From positions 22,321,486 through 22,385,485 of the forward strand of contig CM119267.1 of NCBI GenBank assembly GCA_051294375.1: a stretch of DNA of 64,000 nt, read 5' to 3'. The position numbers and the translations under genes were made by a program. Of the stretch, positions 54,421-64,000 are shown in pieces. The notes beneath the pieces were generated by a model. The model did not search any database. It was not told the origin of the DNA and saw nothing but the letters and a program-made list of their open reading frames with translations. The stretch's first letter is position 1. Each line of letters opens with the position of its first letter. The stretch comes from Paraspadella gotoi (lineage: Eukaryota; Animalia; Chaetognatha).

Positions 54421-57400
54421 TTAATGTTTTACGTCGACGGCGGCGGCGCCAACAGCGTCGACGCTTCTCGATCTGCCAACGTTTTTGGTCGCAACGTACA
54501 CGGGGCCGGCAGAGGAGGCGGCGGCGGCCATGATGGAAGACAACATGAGATTGAGCTGCTCGGCCTCGGGGCAAGCGACGATCTTGATATCCTCATCTTC
54601 TTCTTGCGGGATCGAAGGCGGATTAGGGGCCGCAATGGCGGCATCCGCGTCGCCGCTCGCTGATTCGACAGAGGGCGCCGCCTTTGACGATCCGCGGTAA
54701 TGATCGTGGAGGATCTTACGAAAGTCTCGATAGGCCTCCTGGATTCCAACCTTAATAGGTTTGAAGAGGATGGACTCTGTGTCCTTGTTTGCCAGGTAAA
54801 GCGACATGGAGTTAAGTATCTTGGGCAGCTTAGAGCGCAGGAGCTTGTTCGTCTCGCCCACGATGTCGTGGAGCTAAGGGAAGGAACGAGAGAGTCAGAA
54901 AGGGTCATTTAAATTAAAAGTTAATAGTTAATAGATTAATAATACAAGTTGAATTAATCGCTTACCTTTTCTGGCGTTGCGAAAGGCTGCTGCCGTAACG
55001 GGTAATCGTCAACCGGTGAACTGATCTCGCTCCCGAGGCTCGACTGGTTCTCATTTCGTGGAGTCACAAAGTAAGTCGCCTTTTCCAAGAATTGGCGGAT
55101 CGGGGCCACGCAGGAAGACACGGCCAGGTGGATGAATTCTTCGCAAGTCTTCTTCAGTTGCCAATCAACGTTCTTGCGGGAATCAATTAGCTGTTCCTTG
55201 ACCTTGAATTACGTGATAAGAATAAGCGACAAATTAATCAACAAAAAGAATTATACGAACACTGGCAGAGACTTACCTGCGGCGTTCCTTCCAACAAAAA
55301 CTTGAGTAAGGCGTTGTTGCCGCTGAATTGAAAGATGTTGGATCTGGAGCGATAGAGCGTGACGGCGGCAGATTTAACAACGGAAAAGTCGAGGCTCGTT
55401 TCTTTTACCAGAAAATCAACCTGAGGCGAAATAAATATTACGATTTTACTATTTTACGTATTTTAAAACCATAACGTAAATTAAAACAATATACCGCATA
55501 AAAAAAAATAAAAAAAATAGGAACCTGGAAAGGAGCGATCTGTTCTCTGAGAATGAGCAAATGTTTAACGAGAAAGAGGCGGCCATCGAATTGAGTCTTT
55601 CGGGCGGAAATATCTAGTGAAGCCGTTACCAAGGATTTGATGCAGGCGGACAACAATTCTTGAGAAAGGCCCTGTTCATTGTTTAAGGTAGAGATGATTT
55701 AAAAGTTTTTGTTTTGTTTTTGAAAACGTTTAGTTTAAAAAAAACCAAAAAAACAACAAAAAAACAAACATGTACGATTAAATAAACTAAACGTTGTCAA
55801 AAGCAAAACAAAAACTCTTTTACTTTGTAAACTATTTCTGCTAACAACGAAAAGGATAGAATAGAATAGAATCTCCAGGTAGAAATGATTAAATTTAACA
55901 TATGAAATGGCCCAAACTAAGTGTAAATTGAGGGCGAGATATAGTTTACCAGGAGACCTCACCTGAAAAATAGTTTTGTCCACGCAACGATACAGCTTGG
56001 ACAGAGTGACCAACGACCTCCGCACAGTCGGATACCACATTCCGTGCAGATCGGCCGGCGACAAAGCCGACGTCCGCCGCGAAGCCTTATTGGTCGACGT
56101 CGTTTCCCCCGTCTCGCTAGCACCGTCCTCCTCGCTTCTGGTTCGCTTTTCCTCCAGACTCTCGGCTATGTCCCGCATCATGATGAGCCGGTCCGGGTAG
56201 GCGAGGTCGCCGGGAGCGGGGTTGAAGCCCAGCACGTCCGACTGGCAGTAAACGTGGGCGCGATAGACGAGCCGCTCCTGCACGTCTTCCAACAACTGCT
56301 TGGCGATGGTGGCGAAAGGCTTGAGGCTGTTGGCGCCGGAAACTATGCCGGAGCCAAAGACGGAGCCGGCGCCGCTGATAGAGTGGATGTCCGAGAAGCC
56401 AGAGACGGAGGAGGAGGAGGAGACAAGGCTCTCGTTCGGCTGCTCCATCATTTCGACCTGCGGTGGGATCGGAAAAATCGCATGCTTATTGAAATAGCGA
56501 TTATCTCAACGTGACTGATTACTTGATATCATATCATATCATTTATTATCATTTCTTATCTTGGCATCATCTAATTACACTTCGTTTATTCGACGACAAA
56601 TTACATAAAATTGTTATCTATTGATATTTGATATTTTATGAATCTAAGAACTCCATATCCGCAGAAAAACCTTTAAAATGGAGCACAACTCGGCGAGCGT
56701 TTCCAGATGATTAATGTGAATAATCATCGGTCGCAACAGATCGTAGAGGGTGAGACACAAGGATTCCAAAAAGGCATCGAAGAGGGGAGGCTTCTCAGAG
56801 AAGAAGTTAAAGAAGAGTTGGTATTCGTCTTGGCACATGTGGACTAGGAAAGCGCAGCCGGAGCGGACAAGTGTGCAGTGGTCGCGAGAGTGCTTTTCAG
56901 AGAGAAGGCGGATGGATTCCGAGACGCTGTTCAATTGTAATTAATTGTAATAAAAACAGAGCTTATACAAGCTTATATTATAAAATAAAGGCATTCGAAC
57001 CTCGGTCCGAGCAATAACTGCCGCTGCGCGACGTAGCACTGGTGGCAGTCGGACAGCAACTGCGTGTACTGGGGATTGGCGTCGTTGGCGTTTTGCCGCA
57101 ACTCAAGCTGTTCCATCAACGCCTTGATCCGTGGCGCACGCGTGCGAAAACGTCCGTAAAAAAGTGTGAAGGCGTTGGCGGTTCCCGCGTTGACACCGAC
57201 TTCGTTGGCCGACACGGCGGCGCGCGTGGTCTCGAGCACGTGACGGGTTGCCGACTCCAGCGACGAAACCACGTAGCCGCGAATAAGCGTGAGCGCGCGA
57301 GAGAGGCAGGACCGGAACTTGGCGAGGTAAAGCGGAGCCTCACGGTAACGGGGGTGGGCCTCTAGGTAGGCCACGCACTCGTCGATACGAGCCAGCATGG

Positions 57401-58284
57401 GCACGAAACTCTCGCTGGTCACCGTCAGCAATGAGTCGTTGGCCAGCCGCGGCGCGATGCGGTCAAGCTCGGTAAAGTAGGAGAGCTCGTTGTCCAGAGT
57501 TTCTACGAGACCGCCGAGCTTGGACTGGTCGGAAAGGAGCTGCTGGCAGGCTGCGTGCAGCTGGTTGGTCTCGTCAGAAACACGATGGTATTCCGAAGAG
57601 AGACGTTCGAGATGGTCGAGAGACCCGTCGACACGTGATGTTACTTGGACTGCAGTATGTTGGGGGAGATGGGTCCATTTCCATTCAAAGGTCAAATGAG
57701 TTTTTCTATTTCAACTACTCACCGCACTCGTCCTCTCTTTCGGTCAGAAATCGGCCAAACGCGTCAAGTTCAGCGTCGGTGGTTCCCGCCATTGCCGTCT
57801 CCACTTCAGCCGCCATCCAACCTAAGAACGCCTCAGCGGACTCGAGGCGGCGCGGCCGGGTGTCCTCGTCGAGCAGTTTGAAGCTTCGCAACTGAGTCGA
57901 CAGTGAAGAGGAGGAAAAGTCTAAAGACGAAGCGTCTGGGATGAGATCTGGGACGTCGTCGAGGGGAAGCGCTCTGGAAAAAGAGGCAATAAGAGAAGAA
58001 CGTAATTTAATCTTCTATCTCGTTTGCATATTGACGTATTTTGATTGACAACTTCAATATTTTTTGCATGAGAACCTGATAATTTGTTATTACTTTTAAC
58101 AAACATGTTTGTGATTAGCTATGCTTTTTCACCTCGGTATTGGGGGAAAAGACGTCGCGCAATCCTCCAGCGCTTTGACGCTTTTCTCCATCTCATCGTC
58201 CAGTGCCGCGAGGCAGAGAGCCGGCGACGACGGGGTGTCCCATTGGCTCAGCCGCTCCAGGACGTTGGGTTTTCCGGTGTCCAT
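54421..58284 (-). CDS. COG3: Conserved oligomeric Golgi complex subunit 3
   Basis: [117 protein letters not shown]. Confidence 0.96.
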
Positions 58285-58513
58285 GATTGAAGGTTCGACT
58301 AAAATGTCTCCGTCAAAGCGGGCAACGTAATCATGACGACGGAGCGACAATTCAATCTATCGTTATCACAGAGTATTTTTAACTACAGAGGCTGTTGGCA
58401 GGGCATGGATAACGATTAACGAATGAACGAAGAACAAAATAATTACAAATTATCATAGCAATATCGCAAAATTAATGAGCAAAATGAACTCCGAACCAAC
58501 TCGGACGACTTTC

Positions 58514-60947
58514 TCACTTAACCCCCGGTTTGAGCATCTTGAAGACGTGACTCAAGTGCAAGAGCGTCGTCGTCTCTTCCAAAAACGCCGTCAATTGAGA
58601 GTCCCTCTCCGTCCTCCTCCCAGCGAAAACGAGGAAGAGGAAGAGGTCTGGATCGACGCGGGCGAGGACGAAGGTGGCGTCGAGACTCTTCTCGAAGCGA
58701 GTCGTCGCTCTGGCGCGGGCTTCGCTGAGAAAGGCGGCGGAGGCGGCGGTGGAGGCGGCGTCGCGGCGAGAAGCGTCCACGAGCGAACGAAGGATTTCGC
58801 GGTGCTGATCGTCGTCGAAGACGGCTGCGCGGCGATCGGGATCGACCGGATAAGAGAAGACAACGGCAAAGGGTTCGGCCGGCGGGCAATTGGGAGAGGA
58901 AGAGGCGCCCACGACCAGTTGTATTTTATCCGGGTAGCGATAGCGACAGAAGTGACCCTAGAAGGGGAAGCGGAATTAGCGACGGATACTTAATTTTCAA
59001 TCTATAAAAATTATCAGCTAATAATAAATAAAAATCAATAACAATTCACAATCAATAAATATTCGAATTTCATCGCACCTTGACGGCATCCGGGTTGGCG
59101 GCGACGTCGAATATGAGCTCGGCAACGACGGCGTCGGTTTTGCGGACGAAGGCGGCGACGCGCGCGTGAAAATCCACGTCGGTTTTCGCCGTCAACATCT
59201 TCATGTCACCAACGCCAGGCGCTTGGCAGGAGAGCACTTCGTGAAAGTAGAAGGTAAACTTCGAGAGAAGGGCGCCTGAAATATCGGTTATCACGGACAA
59301 ATCAATATTTGCTTACAAGTCTCTTAAACTATGAATAACTTGATTAGACAAAATTGAATTTTGAACCCGTCTGCGAATAAAGAAATGTTTGAACGTTTCT
59401 GGAAGAAATTTTGTTTACAAAACCAAAAGTCAATTATTACTTGTTTAAAAACGCCCCAGAATTTTTTTTTTGGGGGGGGACTGCATTTTAAAAATTTAAA
59501 CTTGCTATCCAAATAAAAACATTTCCGCGCCATCAACTCGCCCTTAAATCTCCATAGCCAAGCGTAGAGAGGGAGAGCGTCGCCAGAGATGGCGCTGTGC
59601 TTCTTAGCTCCGGCGGCGCCGATGCCGATTCCACGCGCGCGTTTCGATTGAAGACGCGAATCCCACTCTTCCAGCTTCCGGTGGACGTCGTTGAGATGAA
59701 GAAGGGATGGGAGGATGGATAACTTGGGGATCTCCACTTGCGCCTGAAAAAAGTTTAAGAGTTGGGGAAGTATACAAAAAACGCTTCATATATTAATAAA
59801 AGAGAATATACACACTTGAAACAAGTTGAGAAGAATGTCGCACTCGGTTGTAAAGGCAGTTTTTAGGGGAGAGAGTATCGGGTGATGAAAGGACTTGTGA
59901 TGCGATTGAACGATGTCGCTCAAAATTATGATGAAATCTCCGGAGACGCTCTCGCCCAATTTATCCATCCGAGAGAGCGAGCCGGGAAGAGAGGTTGCGG
60001 CGGATGACGAGCCGCTCGTCGCCAAAGCGTGCATCTAACGTCAAAGAGAAATTCGAATCACGGACTCTTTTTAACGCATCTCTCTCCTTGAGTCGGAACA
60101 GACCTGTTCGTAGAATTCTATGAGCTTCAACCGTGCGGTGACGTATTCTTGAAGTTGCGCGCCAAGATGGCGCAATAGTTTTTGCGAAGGATAACCCTCC
60201 AGATTAGTCTGCTGTTGCTGCTGAGATCGTGCCTCTTCTACCGCCTCGTCACCTTCCCGAACTTGATTGGACGTTTCAAACTTTTTTAATTCGTTTAGGA
60301 GCGACTGGCAATCGACTTTGAGGGACGATTCCTTCTTTCGCGCGAACAAACTCTGTTTTTTTATAAAAAGAAAAGAAGCATAAATAAAGATGATCGAAAG
60401 TTACTTTCACCATTCATGAGTGCTTGTTTTCTAAAATCGACTGACCTGAAAAGATATGCCCGACGCCGGCGGAGCTCCGCCCACGAAACTCAAATTCCAG
60501 TACTCCCTCTCGACATTGGCCAAAGATGAAAGGGCGTGAAGAAAAGCTAACCAGTAGGCGCCGCGTTGCCGCGACGGGGACGAGGGGTTGGAAGGCGATG
60601 TGCCGGAGCGACCGCGACTGCGGGAAGACGATGAGGCGTCGACGGCCAATTGAGACTTCACGCTGTCCTTTTCTCGATCCACGAGGTCTTTCGACTTGTC
60701 GTGAGAAAGATGGCTGTCCAAATAATACAACAGTCAACTTAAGTCAATTCCAATCTTTAGCTTAACTATACCTTAAGCTATGGAAGAAAGTCTCCAAAAG
60801 CGCTTGCTCCCTCGACACCGGAGGCGCCGCCGCCGACGCCGCTCCGGATGAAGAGGGCGACGTCGATCCCGCACCATCGTTCGGTCCGCCTTCACCTCCA
60901 CTACCGCTCATCGCCAAGTAGTTGACAATAGCCTCAGACCCGTTCAT
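58514..60947 (-). CDS. KICS2: KICSTOR subunit 2 (C12orf66)
   Basis: EQALLETFFHSLSHLSHDKSKDLVDREK, LANVEREY, YVTARLKLIEFYEQ, FHHPILSPLK, LLSKFTFYFHEVL, VFSYP, VFKMLKPG. Start is either ATG 60947 or ATG 60911. Confidence 0.88.
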
Positions 60948-60948
60948 T

Positions 60949-62343
60949 TTAACTGTCGAAGGCTCGTTTCGCGTTGGCAGAAAGTCTGTCAATTGATTCA
61001 AAGTTATTGGCGAGCTTCTTGCTGGCCAGTTGCGTAACGAAGAGGAGATAACGCCGATCAACGATGAGTTCTCCCTTTTCGTTCGTCAGCGGCGTCTCGA
61101 GGCCGTGAGCGGCGCGGATTGCCGACACGAAAGCGCCCTTCTTTCCAACTCCGAGACCCGAGTTTTTGAAGCCGCTCTCCAATCCGACGGAGTGCAACTT
61201 GCGCGCGCTCTCCAAATCGCGACACCGCGCGTGCAAGATCATGGGTTCGAACTTGAGAAAGACGGTGCCGAGGGCGTCTCCATTTTCAACGTCCTCGTTC
61301 CGAAGGTCGCTGATCTTTGCAAAAGCGTCGTCGACGAAGGTCTCGACGTCCTCGATGGGGTCGTGCGTCGTCTTCAGCCAAACGCAGTTTCGCTTCTTGA
61401 TCTTCCCTTCAGCCTCGCGTTGGACAAAGAGGAGAATGCGACCGGAGCAAGAGCTCGTCGTAAGTAGTCGTCCTGATCGAGAGACGATTGTATCAAAATT
61501 TAACTGTATGGTGGACTAAAACCCACCAAACCATTCATCAGCGGCCATTGGTGCCGGAGGCAAGTCATTCGCCTCCCAACCCAAAGGTCTGGGGTTCTAG
61601 CCCGGTGGTCGTCTGGCAGTTAAGAGGGACGGGGCGCTTAACCCGCCTGTAACATGGTGTTACAGCCTGATCCGAAGCTCAGGGACTGCTTATATTGAAC
61701 GGTTCTATCACTAACTGATAACAATAATTACTGTCTCTTCATTGGTGAGCCCGACTTCCGAACACAACGGCAACAACAACACTTTCAGGCGACATGCCTC
61801 AACCTGGCGATGCACTTTCCGCCCACAACACATCAGGCGACATGCCTCAACTTGGTGACGCACTTTCCACCAACAACAACAATTCACTGAAGAGACGCAA
61901 CGACATCTTCCTACGGGAGGGGGGATGTATGGTGGACTAAAACCACCAACCATTCATCAGCGGCCATTGGTGCCGGAGGCAAGTCATTCGCCTCCCAACC
62001 CAAAGGTCTGGGGTTCTAGCCCGGTGGTCGTCTGGCAGTTAAGAGGGACGGGCGCTTAACCCGCCTGTAACATGGTGTTACAGCCTGATCCGAAGCTCAG
62101 GGACTGCTTATATGAACGTTCTATCACTAACTGATAACAATAATTACTGTCTCTTCAACTGCTCCGTATCAGCGACTAAGTTATCGCTTCAATTATAACC
62201 TGATCGTTTATAAGCGTCACCAAATCCTTGATGTGCCTATCGATTTCCCCCTTTCGGCTGAGATCAACTCCGCTCAACGCCTGCGTCTTTTGTTTGAAAA
62301 ACACGTCCACCGCGCTCTTTTGTTTTTCGTCAGCATCGGACAT
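60949..62343 (-). CDS. TYW3: tRNA wybutosine-synthesizing protein 3; one intron carrying the TRIM; apparent 1-nt frameshift near 61461
   Basis: Exon 1 62343-62200 (DLSRKGEID), exon 2 61472-60949 (TTSSCSGRI, LKFEPMILHARCR, SGFKNSG, AIRAAHGLETPL). Confidence 0.88.
61541..61612 (+). other. tRNA-Gly(CCC)-like module with A and B boxes in LTR1
   Basis: 72 nt. Acceptor stem GCGGCCA/TGGTCGT, A-box-like TGGTGCCGGAGG, loop CTCCCAA, T-arm CTGGG-GTTCTAG-CCCGG. D and anticodon stems are degenerate, so it is not a functional tRNA. Confidence 0.7.
61960..62031 (+). other. tRNA-Gly(CCC)-like module with A and B boxes in LTR2
   Basis: Identical copy of 61541-61612. Confidence 0.7.
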
Positions 62344-63142
62344 AGTTCGAACAATAATTTCCCAGTGCGTATTTCTCATACGTAGAGATAACTAAAACGT
62401 TTTTAGAAACATTTACAACATCGTTAGAAAAGGAAAGAGAAAAAAAAAGATCTACAGTCGCGCCGACTTTTTCGTCAGTAAAAAGTGTTTTGTGACATCA
62501 CAGCGCGTGTAAAAGAACACGAAAAGAGAAAGAAAAATAACAAAAATTGATTGTTGGATCGAAAATTGGCAAATCGGGGAGGGAGGGGGTGAGTTTCGAT
62601 CGCCGATCACGACAAAAGACTAGCAGTAAAAGAGTTCATTTTGTTCAATCTAAAGGAAAATAAATCAAACCGTTTTGTACGTGTGTGTATATTTTCTCTT
62701 AAAGGCGTTCTTTGTCAACTTGAGGATTACAATTTTGAATTGCGGGTAGAGAGCGTGTATACAGAATATTTTGTAATGATTAGAAGACAAGGCACTGAAC
62801 CGTCGGATTACAGGTTTTGGAAAAAAAAAACCACAAAAGACAACGCTGTGATATGATATGTCCATTAAAAATTACAAATATAAGTAAAATTTGCAAGAAA
62901 GACATTCATCAGCGAGATAAAAACTCCGGATATGTCTTGGCCATGAAAAAAGAAGACACTACATTCATGGTGCGACGAATCACAACGGTATTAAACAACA
63001 ATAAATCTTTACTCGGTCCTATAAAAAACCTTGCGGGGTTTTTCTAAAAAGCTTTTAACTCGTACAAAACGAACCCTGTGAACACTTCTAGGTTTCGCGG
63101 TGATGTCTTTCTCTAGCATGTGTTGTTCTCTCTCTATCGCAT

Positions 63143-63694
63143 CTAGACGTCTAAGCAGGATCCGGCGCATTTTTTGATGGCGTCCCGGGCGAAGGGAATG
63201 TAGGAGATGGAGTACCAGGTCATCGCTAAAAACTGACAGATGCAGAAGATGAGCGTGAGGCCGCCCTTCTTTATAGCCAGTCCAGCGATTAGAGTCAAGA
63301 TCATAAACACGAAGACCAGCACCGTCGCAATGACCCGCGTCTTCGCGAACATCTTTTTAATCTGGTAAAAATTGGGACGAAACTTGTGTATTTGACGCCC
63401 TCCAAAAAACAGGAAAAACGTATAATGCCAAACCTGATTGACGGGGCCACAGAGGAAACACGTGGAGGACATGGCCACGATATTTCCCAAGGTGTAGAGG
63501 ATTCCAAAGGCCACCCACATGCTGAAGAAGATGCAAACGGAGCCGATGATGCTGAGGAGGATGCCGATAATGAAGCAGATGACGAAACCCTTGACCCGCG
63601 TTCCCCAACTCAACGTCGAATTGTCCATGACGCGAGTGAAAGCCCCGTCATCCTCCTCTTCCTCGCCGCTCAACGCGCGACGCAATTTATCCAT
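63143..63694 (-). CDS. Vesicle transport protein SFT2 (SFT2D1/2-like)
   Basis: Exons 63694-63434 and 63361-63143. MDKLRRALSG, LSWGTRVKGF, LYTLGNI, FLCGPVNQIKKMFAKTRVIAT, QFLAMTWYSISYIPFARDAIKK. Confidence 0.93.
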   Translation of the reverse strand: MDKLRRALSGEEEEDDGAFTRVMDNSTLSWGTRVKGFVICFIIGILLSIIGSVCIFFSMWVAFGILYTLGNIVAMSSTCFLCGPVNQVWHYTFFLFFGGRQIHKFRPNFYQIKKMFAKTRVIATVLVFVFMILTLIAGLAIKKGGLTLIFCICQFLAMTWYSISYIPFARDAIKKCAGSCLDV

Positions 63695-64000
63695 TTTTTT
63701 AATTCAAGAGGGAAAGGGGAATGTTTTTGATTTCGTGTGTGGGTTTTTTGTTATGTTTTGTTTTTGTTTTTGTTTTTTTTTGGCCTTTTGGTTAAATACG
63801 AGATTATAAACAGTTTATAACTGGATGTATATAGTTGAAGGTTGACAAGGCTGTAAAGATTCAAAAATAACAAAGAATAAATCGTAAATCGTAACACAAA
63901 CAACCGAACTACAAAAATCTTCTACAACTTCGGAAGCGGATGAATAAGGATCGAATCATTCGCCTCCGTCCACGGTTTATTCTCATGAAAATCTTTTCGA

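Larger units (their letters stand above)
61505..62157 (+). mobile_element. Non-autonomous miniature LTR retrotransposon (TRIM) with a tRNA-like module in each LTR
   Basis: LTR1 61505-61741 and LTR2 61926-62157 both run TG...CA and differ only by five 1-nt run-length indels. PBS TGGTGAGCCCGAC 61743-61755, PPT GGGAGGGGGGA 61915-61925, 184-nt non-coding interior. Confidence 0.92.

Noticed and set aside
61505-61570. CTGATGA on the minus strand of the LTR suggesting a hammerhead ribozyme (retrozyme)
   Set aside because: The following stem ends in ACA rather than GAAA, and no helix III with a cleavage triplet can be built.
61541-61612. Functional tRNA-Gly gene
   Set aside because: Anticodon and D stems do not pair, the T loop is non-canonical and there is no terminator; kept only as a tRNA-derived module.
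63362-63433. Hydrophobic insertions in the SFT2, ELOVL6 (11749-11817) and CDK7 ORF translations
   Set aside because: Ordinary short in-frame, stop-free GT-AG introns; removing them restores the conserved sequences.
1-64000. CRISPR arrays, rRNA, autonomous transposon ORFs or prokaryotic systems
   Set aside because: None seen: no repeat-spacer array and no RT, integrase or transposase motifs; the sequence is spliceosomal-intron-containing animal DNA.

Overview
Eukaryotic, intron-containing, very gene-dense animal genomic DNA (GC/CpG-rich exons, AT-rich introns mostly about 60-100 nt); the species cannot be named from this window. Sixteen non-nested genes all lie head-to-tail on the minus strand, left to right: BTB-Kelch, hnRNP A/B, DPH1, ELOVL6, TTLL12, SMIM15, a divergent MADS-like protein, FANCD2, CDK7, BMP1/tolloid, RPL13A, POLR3B, COG3, KICS2/C12orf66, TYW3 and SFT2. 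The only plus-strand genes I can support are three orphan genes nested antisense in introns of DPH1, FANCD2 and RPL13A. The most striking element is a 653-bp non-autonomous LTR retrotransposon (TRIM) in the TYW3 intron whose two near-identical LTRs each carry a 72-nt tRNA-Gly-like Pol III module, with a tRNA-Trp-like PBS and a PPT. Also notable: operon-like packing (TYW3 stop and KICS2 ATG 1 nt apart, unpaired acceptors before several ATGs), at least five GC-AG introns with the same GCGAGT donor, an hnRNP A with an RS-domain N-terminus and a candidate poison exon, and an almost intronless tolloid. Gene identities come from recalled motifs, not database searches; exon boundaries were read by hand.
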